64,000 bases of DNA, taken from assembly GCF_009914755.1 (NCBI RefSeq), contig NC_060938.1. One strand, written 5' to 3'. Below the pieces are notes generated by a model that ran no database searches, was not told the DNA's origin, and saw nothing but the letters and a program-made list of their open reading frames with translations. Made by a program: the position numbers and the translations under genes. Position 1 is the first letter of the stretch, and each line of letters opens with the position of its first letter. Origin of the DNA: the human T2T-CHM13v2.0 reference genome, Homo sapiens. Positions 63,884-64,000 of this stretch are shown in pieces.

Positions 63884-64000
63884 ATATATATATATGTATA
63901 CATATATATACATATATATATATATACCTATATATATACACACATATATATATATACACATATCCATCCCATGCACACACGCACATACATGTATATATAT
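63884..64000 (+). repeat. (TA)n/(CA)n compound microsatellite
   Basis: Read directly. Confidence 0.9.

Overview
Primate (human-like), Alu-dense genomic DNA centred on the goosecoid homeobox gene GSC. GSC lies on the minus strand with three coding exons (30079-29725, 29281-29022, 28713-28555) encoding 257 aa with an N-terminal eh1 motif and a K50 paired-type homeodomain. It sits in a CpG island inside a ~10 kb Alu-free zone. The promoter shows a TATA box, a FOXH1 site and paired-homeodomain P3 palindromes (the classical proximal and distal elements), and a candidate mesendoderm enhancer lies ~5-6 kb upstream. A ~2.1 kb full-length processed RPL15 pseudogene (minus strand, with long 3'UTR, poly(A) and TSD) is inserted in an old L1 at ~59.5-61.6 kb. 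The remainder is Alu, L1, MIR, MaLR and hAT repeats plus microsatellites, and almost all other ORFs in the track are repeat- or GC-derived artefacts. I found no convincing new gene system. The best leads are several template-switch or templated-insertion scars in Alus, a predicted NMD-escaping intron-2-retention GSC isoform of identical length that lacks the recognition helix, 3'UTR post-transcriptional motifs, and the enhancer motif clusters. Repeat family names and boundaries come from recognition by eye and are approximate.
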